Below are positions 9,185 to 20,144 of a stretch of DNA of 58,933 bases, piece by piece. The position numbers were made by a program, and so were the translations under genes. This DNA comes from Caldisericia bacterium (GTDB lineage: Bacteria > Caldisericota > Caldisericia > UBA6126), in NCBI GenBank assembly GCA_035363255.1, contig DAOSES010000015.1:1-58933 (forward strand), written 5' to 3'. Under the pieces are notes generated by a model. It saw only the letters and a list, made by a program, of their open reading frames with translations. It was not told where the DNA came from and did not search any database. Position 1 is the stretch's first letter. Every line of letters begins with the position of its first letter.

Positions 9185-10642
9185 TTACACCAACCTTGCT
9201 TTGGCTTTGATGTAGGGACCGCCTGTAGATACTTTTACCATCTCTTTGTATCCTTTTCCGCAAGCTCCTGTGCCAAACAGCTCAAAATCATTGGAGACCA
9301 TGGAAATTGACTTAAGCAAATCAGGTACATAACCTGTCATAATGATAGGAGAAAAAATCTTGCCTGTTAATTTCCCATTTCTTATTTCTTTTGCATATGC
9401 AACTACGCATTGTATACCCCAATTTTTGGGATCTTCCATACCACTTTGACTGCTTTCCAGCAACATGCCGTAGTCAATGCTTTGTATCATCTCGTCAAGA
9501 CTATGATGACCTGGTACAAAAAAAGTATTGGTCATTCGAGTATAGGCTTTATGAGCATAGGATTGGCGTTTACCATTGCCAGTAGGATAAACATCCAATC
9601 TTATGGAAGACAAATGGTCGCAAATACCATTGATAAGTCTGCCATTTTGTATTATGACAGTATCTCTTCCAGGATTTCCTTCATCATCGAACCAATAAGA
9701 TGATACATGCTCTGCGGATTTTGCTCCATCATGCATATTTACCAACTCGGAAGCAATCATTTTTTCCATGAATTCAAAAGCTTTTGCTCTCTTTTTTACA
9801 AACATATCCATTTCAACCCCATGACCAAAAGCTTCATGAGCTATAAGGCCAGAAACATCAGGAGAGCATATTACATCATATTCTCCAGGAATAATAGGTT
9901 CGGCATCTAACAGCAATAAAGCTTCATTGATGCAATCTTCAAGTTGATCTTCCATCTCATTGATAATTTCAAAGCCTTTCAAACCTGAAAAACCTCTATA
10001 AAGCGATTTTGATATCTTGTCTCGTTTAACTATTGGGACAAGATAACCCTCAGTATGTATCCAGGACTGTTCGAGATCTTTTTGTTGTGAAAGATAAAGT
10101 TTTGAGGTTTTAACTTCTTGATAAACAGCACTAAAATTTGCCAGATAAGGACTTAGTTGGTGGGCTTTATCTTTAATGTTACATAAGCGTTCTATTTTCT
10201 CAGAGGAGTCTATTTGCATGGGATCTACAGTAATTTGACCTTCATTATGCTGGTAAATTTGTTCTTCGATGGGTAATGGATATTCATGAAAAGGGACGGA
10301 GGCTTTTTTTATAAGCTGGAAGCTGTTGTTTAGGTCGTATCGAATGAGTTGTAAGGTAGATAAAAAAGTGCTTTCATTAAGAACGTTGAGTGAGAATTCA
10401 GCATAATGCATGCCATTATGCACACGCACCACAAAACCTCTTTGCCCCCAGGGGGTATCGTTTATGCTGATACTTTGTGACCGTACAGCATAAGAAGAGC
10501 CTATAACATCAGTACCAAGAATGGATACATAGGGATAATCCAAAGAAAGGACATCGATCATTTTTTTGAGCAAAGGTTTTTTTTCGGTTAAAAAACTAGA
10601 AAATTCAACCTGCATAAGTTTCACTCCTTTAGAGGCAATCAC
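9185..10642 (-). CDS. tldD: TldD metalloprotease
   Basis: HEAFGHGVEMD (HExxxH) and the family-typical C-terminal GxC motifs. Confidence 0.85.
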   Translation of the reverse strand: MIASKGVKLMQVEFSSFLTEKKPLLKKMIDVLSLDYPYVSILGTDVIGSSYAVRSQSISINDTPWGQRGFVVRVHNGMHYAEFSLNVLNESTFLSTLQLIRYDLNNSFQLIKKASVPFHEYPLPIEEQIYQHNEGQITVDPMQIDSSEKIERLCNIKDKAHQLSPYLANFSAVYQEVKTSKLYLSQQKDLEQSWIHTEGYLVPIVKRDKISKSLYRGFSGLKGFEIINEMEDQLEDCINEALLLLDAEPIIPGEYDVICSPDVSGLIAHEAFGHGVEMDMFVKKRAKAFEFMEKMIASELVNMHDGAKSAEHVSSYWFDDEGNPGRDTVIIQNGRLINGICDHLSSIRLDVYPTGNGKRQSYAHKAYTRMTNTFFVPGHHSLDEMIQSIDYGMLLESSQSGMEDPKNWGIQCVVAYAKEIRNGKLTGKIFSPIIMTGYVPDLLKSISMVSNDFELFGTGACGKGYKEMVKVSTGGPYIKAKARLV

Positions 10643-10764
10643 AAAGCATCTATTGCCTTATCCAAAACTCACATCACGATAAGATTTTAGTCTTGCAATT
10701 GCATTAAATCAAGTAAAAGGCGAAGATCAGTAGATGCAATAAAATTCTATAAAAGAATATTAAC

Positions 10765-12276
10765 TTAGGTTGTTTTGGTTTCTATGATAGCGTGAAGCCT
10801 TTGAAAGCTCTGGAACATATGGGAATAAAGATCTTTGTACATAGGATACAATTCAGCATATAATCTGGCATTTGAACTTGGAAAAACGTATTCATCAGGA
10901 GTTCTTTTGCGATTTAGGATGGAATCATGTGAAAAACAATTAGTGCCTAAACCAGCGATCAGGGCAGCACCAAAAGCTGGTTCTTCAACTTCCTGATTTA
11001 GACAGATGGTATCGTTGATGATATCGCTCATGATTTGAAGCCATAGTTTACTTTTTCCTGCTCCTCCAAAGATTTTAATACGCTTGATGTCAATTCCGCT
11101 TGACTTGATAAGCTCAACTGAATCGAGAATACCAAAACTAATTCCCTCCATTAAAGAACGAATAAAATGAGCTTGTTGGTGACGCATGGAAAAACCAAAA
11201 AAAACTCCCTTAGCATAGGGGTCTGAATGGGGGGTACGTTCTCCGTTCAAATACGGAAGAAATAGTAAACCTTCTGAACCTGCAGGTGCTTGAGATGCAA
11301 TTTTGGACATATCTTGATATGAAAGTTGAGGAGTAAATTGTGTTTTGTACCATCGAAGAGCTGAGCCAGCTGAAAGCATGACTCCCATGAGATGCCATTT
11401 GTTGGCCCAAGCATTACAAAAGCAATGGATCCTTCCATCAGAATCAGCGAAAAATTGGTTGATGGGAGCAAAAGCAACTCCGGATGAGCTAATAGAAATG
11501 CTAAGATCGCCCTCAGAACAAATCCCTGCAGCAAGAGACTGAGCAACATGGCTGGATGCGCCTGCAATGATTGGAGTTCCAGGAAAGATCCCAGTTACAC
11601 GAGCGGCTTCTGGGCTTACAACAGAACTTGAAGCAAGAGATTCACTCATGTCGGGGAGCAAAGCTGGTGATATATGTAATGCTATGAGCATATCTTTTGA
11701 CCATTTTCGACGTAAAACATTGAATAAAGATGTTCCGGATGCATCCGTGACTTCGCTCATGTATGCGCCAGATAAACGATAGCGTATATAATCTTTTGGA
11801 AGTAGAATTTTTGCGGTTCGACGGTAAAGATCAGGTTCATTTTCTTGGACCCAAACAACTTTGGGAGCTGTAAAACCTGGGTAAACTCTATTTCCTGTAT
11901 ATTGTATAATCTCCTTTTCGCCAATATGTTGATTCATAGTTTCACATTGGAGAATACTTCGCTGATCATTCCATAAGATACAGGGTCGAATCACTGATCC
12001 AGAACCATCAAGTAAGACCAAACCATGCATTTGACCGGTTAAACTAATTCCTTGGATTTGGTTGGGTAGTATATTTTTGGCTTCAAAAATTTTTCGTATT
12101 GAAGCAATAGTGCCTATCCACCAATCTTCTGGATCTTGCTCTACCCACAATGGATGGGGCGTATAAGTTGGGTGTTCTGTCCATGCACTTGCTACAATCT
12201 GGTAGGTATCATCGATTAGAATAGCTTTAACACCAGGGGTGCTAATTTCGATACCAAGGAAATATGTTTTATTCAT
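10765..12276 (-). CDS. FGGY-family carbohydrate kinase, xylulokinase-like
   Basis: N-terminus YFLGIEISTPGVKAILID...PLWVEQDPEDWW resembles XylB/FGGY kinases. Confidence 0.75.
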   Translation of the reverse strand: MNKTYFLGIEISTPGVKAILIDDTYQIVASAWTEHPTYTPHPLWVEQDPEDWWIGTIASIRKIFEAKNILPNQIQGISLTGQMHGLVLLDGSGSVIRPCILWNDQRSILQCETMNQHIGEKEIIQYTGNRVYPGFTAPKVVWVQENEPDLYRRTAKILLPKDYIRYRLSGAYMSEVTDASGTSLFNVLRRKWSKDMLIALHISPALLPDMSESLASSSVVSPEAARVTGIFPGTPIIAGASSHVAQSLAAGICSEGDLSISISSSGVAFAPINQFFADSDGRIHCFCNAWANKWHLMGVMLSAGSALRWYKTQFTPQLSYQDMSKIASQAPAGSEGLLFLPYLNGERTPHSDPYAKGVFFGFSMRHQQAHFIRSLMEGISFGILDSVELIKSSGIDIKRIKIFGGAGKSKLWLQIMSDIINDTICLNQEVEEPAFGAALIAGLGTNCFSHDSILNRKRTPDEYVFPSSNARLYAELYPMYKDLYSHMFQSFQRLHAIIETKTT

Positions 12277-12325
12277 GAACTTTCACCTAATATATCGTGC
12301 TTGTTCGTTTTATATCATAAAAAAA

Positions 12326-12399
<74 letters not shown>

Positions 12400-12426
12400 T
12401 TACAACATTTAATATTCTACACATTT

Positions 12427-13431
12427 TTACAATTTTGCAAAATATCGAATTATTCCTGCTTCTATACTTTCAGCTAAATCGTCTAGAAATTTATGGTTTT
12501 TAAATCTATTTCTATCAATTTCACTTGAAAAAAAAGCACACTCAATAAGCAGTCCGTATTTTGCCTGAACAGATTTTAAGGTTAATAAAGGATCGTTTAG
12601 TATGTGATTTAATTTTAAACCAGTTCCTTTTTCAAGAGATAAGAATATCATTTTTGCTAAAGGAAGTGAGGAAACGTGCTCATAGTACATAAAAACCCCA
12701 TTCGAATACGCATAATCGGAATCGTTTTGGTGAATAGACAAAAACAGGATGGGATTAAAACTATTTACAAAATCAAAGCGTTGCTGTAAACGAAGATTTT
12801 CTTTTGAAAACTCGTCCTCTCTTGTGAGAATAACTTTCGCACCTCTTTTTTCAAGACGTTTTTTTAGAATAATTGAGAGTTCCAGATTAATCTTGCTTTC
12901 AATCAGATCGCCTCTAATTACGCCAGGATCATAAATAGTCATGGTTTCTTCATCAAAAGCTCCATGACCAGGATCGATGATTATGGTTTGATTAAAAAGT
13001 ACTCTCTGAGGGATTTTGCTTAATACTAGTCTATGTGAGCGATAATCGGTAGACGACTCAAAACAAGGATAGGGATAATCCTCTAGGGCAAAAGCACAAA
13101 ACAAACTATTAACGGTAGGATCGTAATAATGACAGAAAACAGATTCAAGGAACGATTCAGCTAAAAACTTTTGGTTCTCAAGGATACAAATATTCTTAAA
13201 TTCAATAACAATGCTTGATGTTTCAATTTTGTTTTCACAAAAAAGCATGGAATCAGATAAAAAGATGAAAACCAATTCGTCATTTTCTGTGTCTCTCGTA
13301 AACTCAATTTGTAGCTTATTTAAGCAAGCAGATTCTTGAATTGGACTATAAATCAAAACGCTAACTATAATTAAACTAATTAAACAAAAAAACAAAAGGG
13401 TTTTTAGAGTGACATGCTTATTTGCTATCAA
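12427..13431 (-). CDS. N-acetylmuramoyl-L-alanine amidase (Amidase_3) with N-terminal AMIN-like domain
   Basis: IIIDPGHGAFD...INLELSIILKKRLEKRGAKVILTRED. Confidence 0.8.
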   Translation of the reverse strand: MIANKHVTLKTLLFFCLISLIIVSVLIYSPIQESACLNKLQIEFTRDTENDELVFIFLSDSMLFCENKIETSSIVIEFKNICILENQKFLAESFLESVFCHYYDPTVNSLFCAFALEDYPYPCFESSTDYRSHRLVLSKIPQRVLFNQTIIIDPGHGAFDEETMTIYDPGVIRGDLIESKINLELSIILKKRLEKRGAKVILTREDEFSKENLRLQQRFDFVNSFNPILFLSIHQNDSDYAYSNGVFMYYEHVSSLPLAKMIFLSLEKGTGLKLNHILNDPLLTLKSVQAKYGLLIECAFFSSEIDRNRFKNHKFLDDLAESIEAGIIRYFAKL

Positions 13432-16400
13432 ACCAGGCCTTTATACCTGTAAAAATCCCTTCAGCGATTAAATTTAAAAAAGTATCACTTTGCAACATTT
13501 TTTCTTCTTCTGGGTTGGATAGGAAAGCGCATTCAATGAGTAAAGATGGCATAGTAGTAACATTTTTAGTCACTGCAAAACCTCGTTGTTTTGCTCCTCT
13601 ATTTGCCAAACCAGTACTACTGATCATTGAGTTTAAAATCCATTCTGATAGCTGTTTATCTTCATCTTTGAAATAGAATATTTCACTTCCTTTGGCTTCG
13701 GAGCTAAGAGATGCATTGTTGTGAATACTGAGATACAAATCTGCTCCTGATTTGTTTGCCATATCAATACGCTCTTCGAGTTTTAATGAGGATTTATTTT
13801 GCTCCTGATCACGAGTTAGAATTACTTTGGCTCCAGCTTTTTCCAACAAATCTTTTAAAAATAAAGTAATTTTGAGATTAACTACACTTTCAAGAAGTCC
13901 CGTAGGTCCTATAGCTCCAACATCATAGTATCCATCCTCCGAAAAAGCTCCATGTCCAGGATCTAATATGATGGTTTTGCCAGCAATACCTTTACCAGTT
14001 TTTGGTTTTAATGTAAACACAAATTGATGCCCTTCTTCTAGCATGGCAGTTTCAAAAGAAGCATACTGAATCAAGTTAAATATGATATCAGTTTTGGATG
14101 ATTGAGTGTCCCCCCGAGGCTGAGAACTAATCTTTTCCAAATCAGGATTGTCAGGAATTTTAATAAAGTTAGCAAGGGTGGTGTTGTAAAAGCTTAGAGT
14201 AACCATCTTTTGATTCACTGTTGGAACGCATTTTGCTGGTAACGCAAAATTAAAGACATAAACTAACGATTGGTTTTGTTTAGAAAAAGACAAATCAATA
14301 AGAGTGTTGTCAAGGTAGTAGGTATTAGCATCTTTGGTGAGTGTTGTCTGAAAAATTTTTGGAAAATCACTTAGAGCAAGGTGCATGATTTGATCAATGG
14401 AAGCGATGTTATGGTCGAGTTCAATACGTGCTTGGTTTTCGATAGTTTTGACAAAAACATATTTTGTATCTTGTTTAAAACGATATTCTTTTTTGTTTAG
14501 GAGTAACACTGCTTCCTTCTTTTCAGAATCCCAGGATAGAACACTATTGCTCATATTGGCGAAAAGAAACAAAGGAAGATAAAGTTGATTTTGATGATTA
14601 CGTAGCAAAAGGTGGTTTTCGAGTTCTACTCCATTAATAAGAAGCTTTGGTCCATCATAATTGTTGTAATCAGAAAAATCAAAGATTAAAGCTTTATTGT
14701 CAAGCTTTGATAAAAATTTCAACTCTTTCTCCATTTCAACAACAATTCTTACGATATTGGGATTGATAGAGAATTGGGAAGCCCTAATGCTAATTATACC
14801 GTTCTCGTTAACTTGTTCCTTGAATTCGTTTTGAAATAGTAAAGTATCTGATAAGTCAAAAACATAGCGAGGAGGATTTTGAAGTCTAATAGTATCGAAG
14901 GTATATGATGCATCTTCGTTAAATGAAAGAGTTAGCGTTGTATTTTGCTTGCTTTTTGACCAGGTAACAGCGCTAATCTTTTTTTGAGTACTCTGGGGAT
15001 TTTTTGGAGTTTGCTGTATATTTTTAAGTTGAACCCATCCACGTATATTTGATGAGTTTTTTACTTGAGCCCAAGCTTCATTTTGAAGATTGTTTGACAT
15101 TCCAATAATAAAAATAGAACCTGTTTTTGAGTTAATTGAGGTGGGAGAAGGAAAACTTAGGTCTGGACCTTGATAAATTTTAAGTTCTGTGTTGGTATTA
15201 ATAGAAAAACTTGTACCAATTAGCTTTGTGTCCAACTGGATAGGATTCTTGCTAATAGTAAGAAGAGAACCTAAGATCCAACCTTTTTTTTCAGCCATAC
15301 TCACATAGAACCAGGATTCTTTGCTGTCGGTATAAGCAGAGCCCTCGATCTGAATAGGGGTAAGAGCAGATGTCTCGCCAATTTTCTCAAAATCAGTGCC
15401 TGGTCCTTTTCGAATATTTACTGCTTCTTTGGTTTCATTTCTAACTTCATTTGATTTGACTACTACTACCCAAGAAGCAACCCAACCTTTCACTGAGTTT
15501 TCGAGTTGTAATTCATACCATAGTTTTCCATTGATGTCATTTCCCTGGTTTAAAATGGGGTATTCAGATTTAATCTGAATTGTTCGAACAATTTTGGCTT
15601 GGATAGATGGACCCTCTCTAAGATTAACTATGGGTTCGATGACTGCAAATCGATTACTCACTGGAGTTTTTGTGTCTGAATACTTTTTTACCTCAACTAC
15701 CCAGGAAGCAACCCATCCTTCGACATTGTTGGGCAAACGGACCATGTACCAGGTATCTTGATTGTCATCTTGTGCTTCATAGATTCCTCTTAACTCCATA
15801 TAGCTTGTAATGGTTGTTACTGTGTCGAATTGGGTGCCTGGTCCTTTTCGAATATTAACGTTTTCATCGATGATGATTAACTTATCGGCAGCCGATTTTT
15901 TGTCTTCTTTCACGGTTTTAACAGTAACTACCCAAGAAGCTACCCAAGCTTCACTTCCATCATTCATAGGAATTTTATACCAACTACGATTTTCGTTGTC
16001 TTTAATTTCAGATATGACTTTTTTTTCAACAGTTTGCTGGATGACAACATTAATTTTTGAGCTCAATGAAGGAGCTACACGCACACGAACTCCTGCTTCT
16101 ATGATAATAGTTTTATCAGATACGGGAACTTCTTTTTCAAGAGATTTTATAGAATCTATAACCCATGAAGCAATAAAACCTTCCAGAGTATTGTTAATTT
16201 TTAGTTTGTACCACAATTTGTTTTCTTGATCATTAACTTCGGATACGATAAGAAATTCACTTTCTTCATTAACTACATGGACAATATCTGAATTTAGAGA
16301 TGGAGCCATACGAATGTTGGCAACGGGAGATATTACAACATAACGAAGAGTTTGAGCTCGACTAATCGAGGATAGTGTAAAACTACTAAGCAATGCTATG

Positions 16401-16432
16401 GTTATGAACAAACTTAGAATTTTGTTAATCAT
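13418..16432 (-). CDS. Large secreted N-acetylmuramoyl-L-alanine amidase with 5 tandem SH3b-like repeats, AMIN domain and C-terminal Amidase_3
   Basis: Signal peptide. Five repeats of about 65 aa end in W[YF]...EGW(V/I)ASWVV. The C-terminus reads TIILDPGHGAFSEDG...KAGAKVILTRD. Confidence 0.8.
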   Translation of the reverse strand: MINKILSLFITIALLSSFTLSSISRAQTLRYVVISPVANIRMAPSLNSDIVHVVNEESEFLIVSEVNDQENKLWYKLKINNTLEGFIASWVIDSIKSLEKEVPVSDKTIIIEAGVRVRVAPSLSSKINVVIQQTVEKKVISEIKDNENRSWYKIPMNDGSEAWVASWVVTVKTVKEDKKSAADKLIIIDENVNIRKGPGTQFDTVTTITSYMELRGIYEAQDDNQDTWYMVRLPNNVEGWVASWVVEVKKYSDTKTPVSNRFAVIEPIVNLREGPSIQAKIVRTIQIKSEYPILNQGNDINGKLWYELQLENSVKGWVASWVVVVKSNEVRNETKEAVNIRKGPGTDFEKIGETSALTPIQIEGSAYTDSKESWFYVSMAEKKGWILGSLLTISKNPIQLDTKLIGTSFSINTNTELKIYQGPDLSFPSPTSINSKTGSIFIIGMSNNLQNEAWAQVKNSSNIRGWVQLKNIQQTPKNPQSTQKKISAVTWSKSKQNTTLTLSFNEDASYTFDTIRLQNPPRYVFDLSDTLLFQNEFKEQVNENGIISIRASQFSINPNIVRIVVEMEKELKFLSKLDNKALIFDFSDYNNYDGPKLLINGVELENHLLLRNHQNQLYLPLFLFANMSNSVLSWDSEKKEAVLLLNKKEYRFKQDTKYVFVKTIENQARIELDHNIASIDQIMHLALSDFPKIFQTTLTKDANTYYLDNTLIDLSFSKQNQSLVYVFNFALPAKCVPTVNQKMVTLSFYNTTLANFIKIPDNPDLEKISSQPRGDTQSSKTDIIFNLIQYASFETAMLEEGHQFVFTLKPKTGKGIAGKTIILDPGHGAFSEDGYYDVGAIGPTGLLESVVNLKITLFLKDLLEKAGAKVILTRDQEQNKSSLKLEERIDMANKSGADLYLSIHNNASLSSEAKGSEIFYFKDEDKQLSEWILNSMISSTGLANRGAKQRGFAVTKNVTTMPSLLIECAFLSNPEEEKMLQSDTFLNLIAEGIFTGIKAWFDSK
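15247..16351 (-). repeat. In-frame tandem coding repeats (5 SH3b-like modules) inside the amidase gene
   Basis: A recurring peptide module is seen in the translation. The antisense shadow ORFs 15396-15578 and 15810-16229 are artefacts of these repeats. Confidence 0.6.
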
Positions 16433-16462
16433 ATCACGCTCCTTGCAAGAATAAGGTAAATA

Positions 16463-16915
16463 TTACCATACATCATTTCGTAGGTTTCGATTAATATCTT
16501 TTTCTTTGATAGTTTTACGTTTGTCGAAAAGAGTTTTTCCTTTAGCGCTTCCTATTTCAAGTTTAACATGGTTGTTTTTGAAGTAGATACTTAATGGAAT
16601 AATAGTAAGGCCTTTTTCCTGAGCTTTAGATGATATTTTTCGAATTTCACTTTTGTGTAGTAGTAATTTTCTTTTTTTGTCAGGATAAGCGGTTCCATAG
16701 GATTTTGTATAAGATATGTGAAAGCCGTGTAGCCATGATTCATCCTTTTCAAATATCACATAACTATCTTTGAAATTTATATTTCCGTGACGAATAGCTT
16801 TGACTTCATCACCAATGAGTACTATACCTGCTTCCCATCGATCAATTACATGATACTGAAAATAAGCTTTTTTGTTTTCAGCTATTTTTTTTATTTGGTT
16901 TTTTTCTAATGCCAT
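16463..16915 (-). CDS. smpB: SsrA-binding protein SmpB
   Basis: NKKAYFQYHVIDRWEAGIVLIGDEVKAIR is typical of SmpB. Confidence 0.9.
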   Translation of the reverse strand: MALEKNQIKKIAENKKAYFQYHVIDRWEAGIVLIGDEVKAIRHGNINFKDSYVIFEKDESWLHGFHISYTKSYGTAYPDKKRKLLLHKSEIRKISSKAQEKGLTIIPLSIYFKNNHVKLEIGSAKGKTLFDKRKTIKEKDINRNLRNDVW

Positions 16916-16978
16916 TTGATATAGATTATAATTGGCTTTGATGAGAGTTCAACGATTAAAAGAGCTTTTTGAGTAAAA

Positions 16979-17878
16979 CTAAGCTTCTGATGAGATAAAA
17001 TCATGAAATTCTTGAGGCCATGGTGCCTCAAAAGTCATGACTTGCTTCATTTTATATGGCATAAAGGAGAGTTTCCACGCATGGAGCATTAATCTTTGGC
17101 ATATGGTATCTCTAAGTCCATATATCGTATCTCCACATACTGGATAACCAAGATATGCAAGATGAACTCTTATCTGGTGGGTCCTTCCAGTATGAATCAA
17201 GACAGATAATAGAGAATGTTTTTTTAACTGATTCAATAATTCTACGTCAGTAATTGCAGGTTTACCCCTGGAAGATACTTTCATGCAAGATTTTTCAGGA
17301 AATTTTTCAATTGGATAAGATATTCTTGCGTGTTGGTCGGGAAAATGACCCTCACAAATAGCTATATAGTTTTTTGTAATTTTTCGTTGTTGGAATAAGT
17401 CTGCCATATACTGATGAGCTGGATTGTTTTTTGCAACAACAATCAAGCCAGAGGTGTCTTTATCAAGCCGATGGACAATTCCCAAACGCTCTTTTCCATT
17501 TAAATCAGACAATGATTTGCTATATGCCATGAGAGCATTAACCAAAGTACCTGTATTTTGGTGAACAGAAGGATGGGTTACCATGCCACAGGGCTTGTTT
17601 ATAATTAAGATATGTTCATCTTCATAGGTGATTTGTAAAGGTATGCTTTCAGAGAGGATATCTTTTTGAGAGATTGGAAGCATGTCTGGATAAGTGATTA
17701 GATCACCTTGGCGCACTGAACATGAAGCTTTAGCTATTTTGTTGTTTAATAAAACGAGTCCTTTTTTAATGCTGGGTAAAATCTGGCTTCGTGATATGGA
17801 TAGTAGAATTGAAAGATAGGAATCAATTCGATCAAAATCTTGCTCAACCTTATGTTGCATTTTGGTGCTTTTTTTCAA
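16979..17878 (-). CDS. rluD: RluA-family 23S rRNA pseudouridine synthase (RluD-like) with S4 domain
   Basis: Catalytic motif HRLDKDTSGLIVVAKN. Confidence 0.8.
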   Translation of the reverse strand: MKKSTKMQHKVEQDFDRIDSYLSILLSISRSQILPSIKKGLVLLNNKIAKASCSVRQGDLITYPDMLPISQKDILSESIPLQITYEDEHILIINKPCGMVTHPSVHQNTGTLVNALMAYSKSLSDLNGKERLGIVHRLDKDTSGLIVVAKNNPAHQYMADLFQQRKITKNYIAICEGHFPDQHARISYPIEKFPEKSCMKVSSRGKPAITDVELLNQLKKHSLLSVLIHTGRTHQIRVHLAYLGYPVCGDTIYGLRDTICQRLMLHAWKLSFMPYKMKQVMTFEAPWPQEFHDFISSEA

Positions 17879-18305
17879 AAAGAAGCATTAGTGCTAATAA
17901 AAGTGAACCAATAGTAATTGATGCATCCGCTATATTAAAAACATAAAATGATCCGATTTTTACGAAATCAACAACATACCCATAGAGTATTCTGTCTAAG
18001 ATGTTTCCAATTGCCCCTGAAGAAATAAGAATGAATGGAAAAACTGGAAACACTGGCATATAAAAATGAAATATTATGAATAACAAGAGAAGAGAAAATA
18101 GGGAAATAAAGAGAAAATTAATATTTGAATCAGAAAACAAACCGAAGGCAATGCCCCGATTTTGAACAAATACAAAATCTACATAAGGGAGGATTGATAT
18201 GCTATGGTTTTTTGGCCATGAAAGCACCCAATATTTAGTCCACCTGTCAATGCCAAGGAGAAATACAAAAAAAGAAAATAGATAGAAAAACTTTTTAATC
18301 TTCAA
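17850..18305 (-). CDS. lspA: Lipoprotein signal peptidase II
   Basis: Four TM segments and the IGNILDRILYGYVVDF motif. Confidence 0.85.
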   Translation of the reverse strand: MKIKKFFYLFSFFVFLLGIDRWTKYWVLSWPKNHSISILPYVDFVFVQNRGIAFGLFSDSNINFLFISLFSLLLLFIIFHFYMPVFPVFPFILISSGAIGNILDRILYGYVVDFVKIGSFYVFNIADASITIGSLLLALMLLFEKKHQNAT

Positions 18306-18826
18306 TCTTTGCTTGAATCTGAAACTTCTGAATTGAAGTAATTTGAGTTATCCTTGGTGCTTCCATACAAATTACTTTCTACTTTTGATGCATCCATATC
18401 TAGTTTTTTGAGTAGTTTGTTAAATGTTTCAAGATAAGATGCAAACTCTGAACTAAATTGTCGATACATCTCAGAAAGTTGTTTCATTTTATCTTCTGCA
18501 GCTTGATGGATTTGTTGTGCTCGAATGTTTGACTGCATGATAGTTAAATCAGCTTGTCTCTCAGCGGATAGCTTGATTTCATCTGCAGTTTTTTGGGCTA
18601 CTGTTAATGCTTTTTGGAGTTGATCCCCTGTCGATGAATATCTTTCAAACTCTGCATTTAAGCGTGAATTCTTTTCTTTAAGATCAAGAACATCACGGTA
18701 AAGGATTTCATAATCTTCCTTTACCTCACGTAGAAAATCATCGACTTCCTTACGGTTGTAGCCACCAGTCATCACAGTTTTAAATGTTTTTTTTGAAATC
18801 TCAATAGGAGTCAACATTTGGTACAT
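18302..18826 (-). CDS. DivIVA-domain cell-division protein
   Basis: N-terminal LTPIEISKKTFKTVMTGGYNRKEVDDFL followed by coiled coil. Confidence 0.8.
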   Translation of the reverse strand: MYQMLTPIEISKKTFKTVMTGGYNRKEVDDFLREVKEDYEILYRDVLDLKEKNSRLNAEFERYSSTGDQLQKALTVAQKTADEIKLSAERQADLTIMQSNIRAQQIHQAAEDKMKQLSEMYRQFSSEFASYLETFNKLLKKLDMDASKVESNLYGSTKDNSNYFNSEVSDSSKD

Positions 18827-18856
18827 TCTCCTTGCTTGGTTGTCCTAAACTATTTT

Positions 18857-20125
18857 TTATATTTGACCTATTCTAAAGCAGGCTGCAAAATGATCAGGTT
18901 CGTATTCTTTGAGTTCAGGGATTTCAAGTGCACATTGTTCGATAGCATAGGGGCATCTCGTTCTGAAACGACAACCACTTGGAGGATTGATAGGAGATGG
19001 AATGTCACCAACGATAGTTTTTCGGTCACGGTTGATTTCTGGATTTGGAACAGGAACTGCACTCAACAAGGCTTTGGTATATGGATGAAGAGGGGAAGCA
19101 AAAAGTTTTGCATTTGGAGCTACTTCCATCAGCTTGCCTACGTACAATACACCGATAGTATCAGACATATGACGAACCACTGCCAAATCATGGGCAATGA
19201 ATAAATATGTAAGTTGAAATTTGCTTTGTAAATCCTGGAGCAAGTTGATGATTTGGGATTGAATAGATACATCAAGAGCTGAGACAGCTTCGTCGCAAAC
19301 AACAAATTCTGGATTTAGTACTAATGCCCTTGCGATTCCGATACGTTGGCGCTGACCACCAGAAAATTCATGTTGATAACGTTTAAGGTATTCTGGTCTG
19401 AGGCCGACGACTTCCATTAAATACTGAACACGTTCACGAATAAGTTTTTTATTTCTTTCGCCATGAACAACGAGGGGTTCACTGATAATATCACCTACTG
19501 GAATTCGAGGGTTGAGAGATCCGCTTGGATCTTGAAATACAATTTGCATATGTTTTCTTAAGTATCGAAGTTTCTCCCCATGAAGATGGGTGATATTGGT
19601 GAGGCCAAGATTGTGGACTGATCCAAGAATAGAGTTTTTCCAATTATTGCTAGATAGTTTTAAATCAGCCTCTTTGCTCAAAACTATTTCTTTGGCATTG
19701 ATAGTTTTGGTGATAGTGTTTACTTCACCGTGAACAACAATAGGATCATTTTCGTTGAGTTGGTTAAAATCGATGTTTTTGGAGTTTTTGAGGATAGCAG
19801 TATTTGGATTTAGATTGATCTGAAAGCTTTGTAGTTCTTTCTCATTTTCAGGATTTTGCGAAAGAACTTCCATGTGTTTTTTGTTGAGGTTGAAATAGAT
19901 TGAACCTGAGGTTGGTTCGTATAAACGAATGGCGGTTTTTGCAGCAGTAGTTTTTCCTGCTCCTGATTCTCCGACCAAACTATATGTTTCACCTTTTTTT
20001 ACACTGAAAGTTACGTCATCAACGGATTTTACATCCGCAATTTTCCTGCCAATAAAACCTCCAGTAATAGGGAAATATTTCTTTAAATGCTCTGCCTTAA
20101 TGATAATCTGTTTTTTATCTGACAT
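18857..20125 (-). CDS. oppF: Oligopeptide ABC transporter ATP-binding protein OppF, with a low-complexity insertion of about 100 aa
   Basis: Walker A GESGAGKTT, signature FSGGQRQR, and a C-terminal oligopeptide-ABC Cys motif. Confidence 0.8.
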   Translation of the reverse strand: MSDKKQIIIKAEHLKKYFPITGGFIGRKIADVKSVDDVTFSVKKGETYSLVGESGAGKTTAAKTAIRLYEPTSGSIYFNLNKKHMEVLSQNPENEKELQSFQINLNPNTAILKNSKNIDFNQLNENDPIVVHGEVNTITKTINAKEIVLSKEADLKLSSNNWKNSILGSVHNLGLTNITHLHGEKLRYLRKHMQIVFQDPSGSLNPRIPVGDIISEPLVVHGERNKKLIRERVQYLMEVVGLRPEYLKRYQHEFSGGQRQRIGIARALVLNPEFVVCDEAVSALDVSIQSQIINLLQDLQSKFQLTYLFIAHDLAVVRHMSDTIGVLYVGKLMEVAPNAKLFASPLHPYTKALLSAVPVPNPEINRDRKTIVGDIPSPINPPSGCRFRTRCPYAIEQCALEIPELKEYEPDHFAACFRIGQI

Positions 20126-20144
20126 ATCTTATCTCCTTCAATGC

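Noticed and set aside
15396-16229. Plus-strand ORFs 15396-15578 and 15810-16229 with repeated 'TTTQEATQ'
   Set aside because: They are antisense shadows of the SH3b-like tandem repeats in the minus-strand amidase gene, not independent genes.
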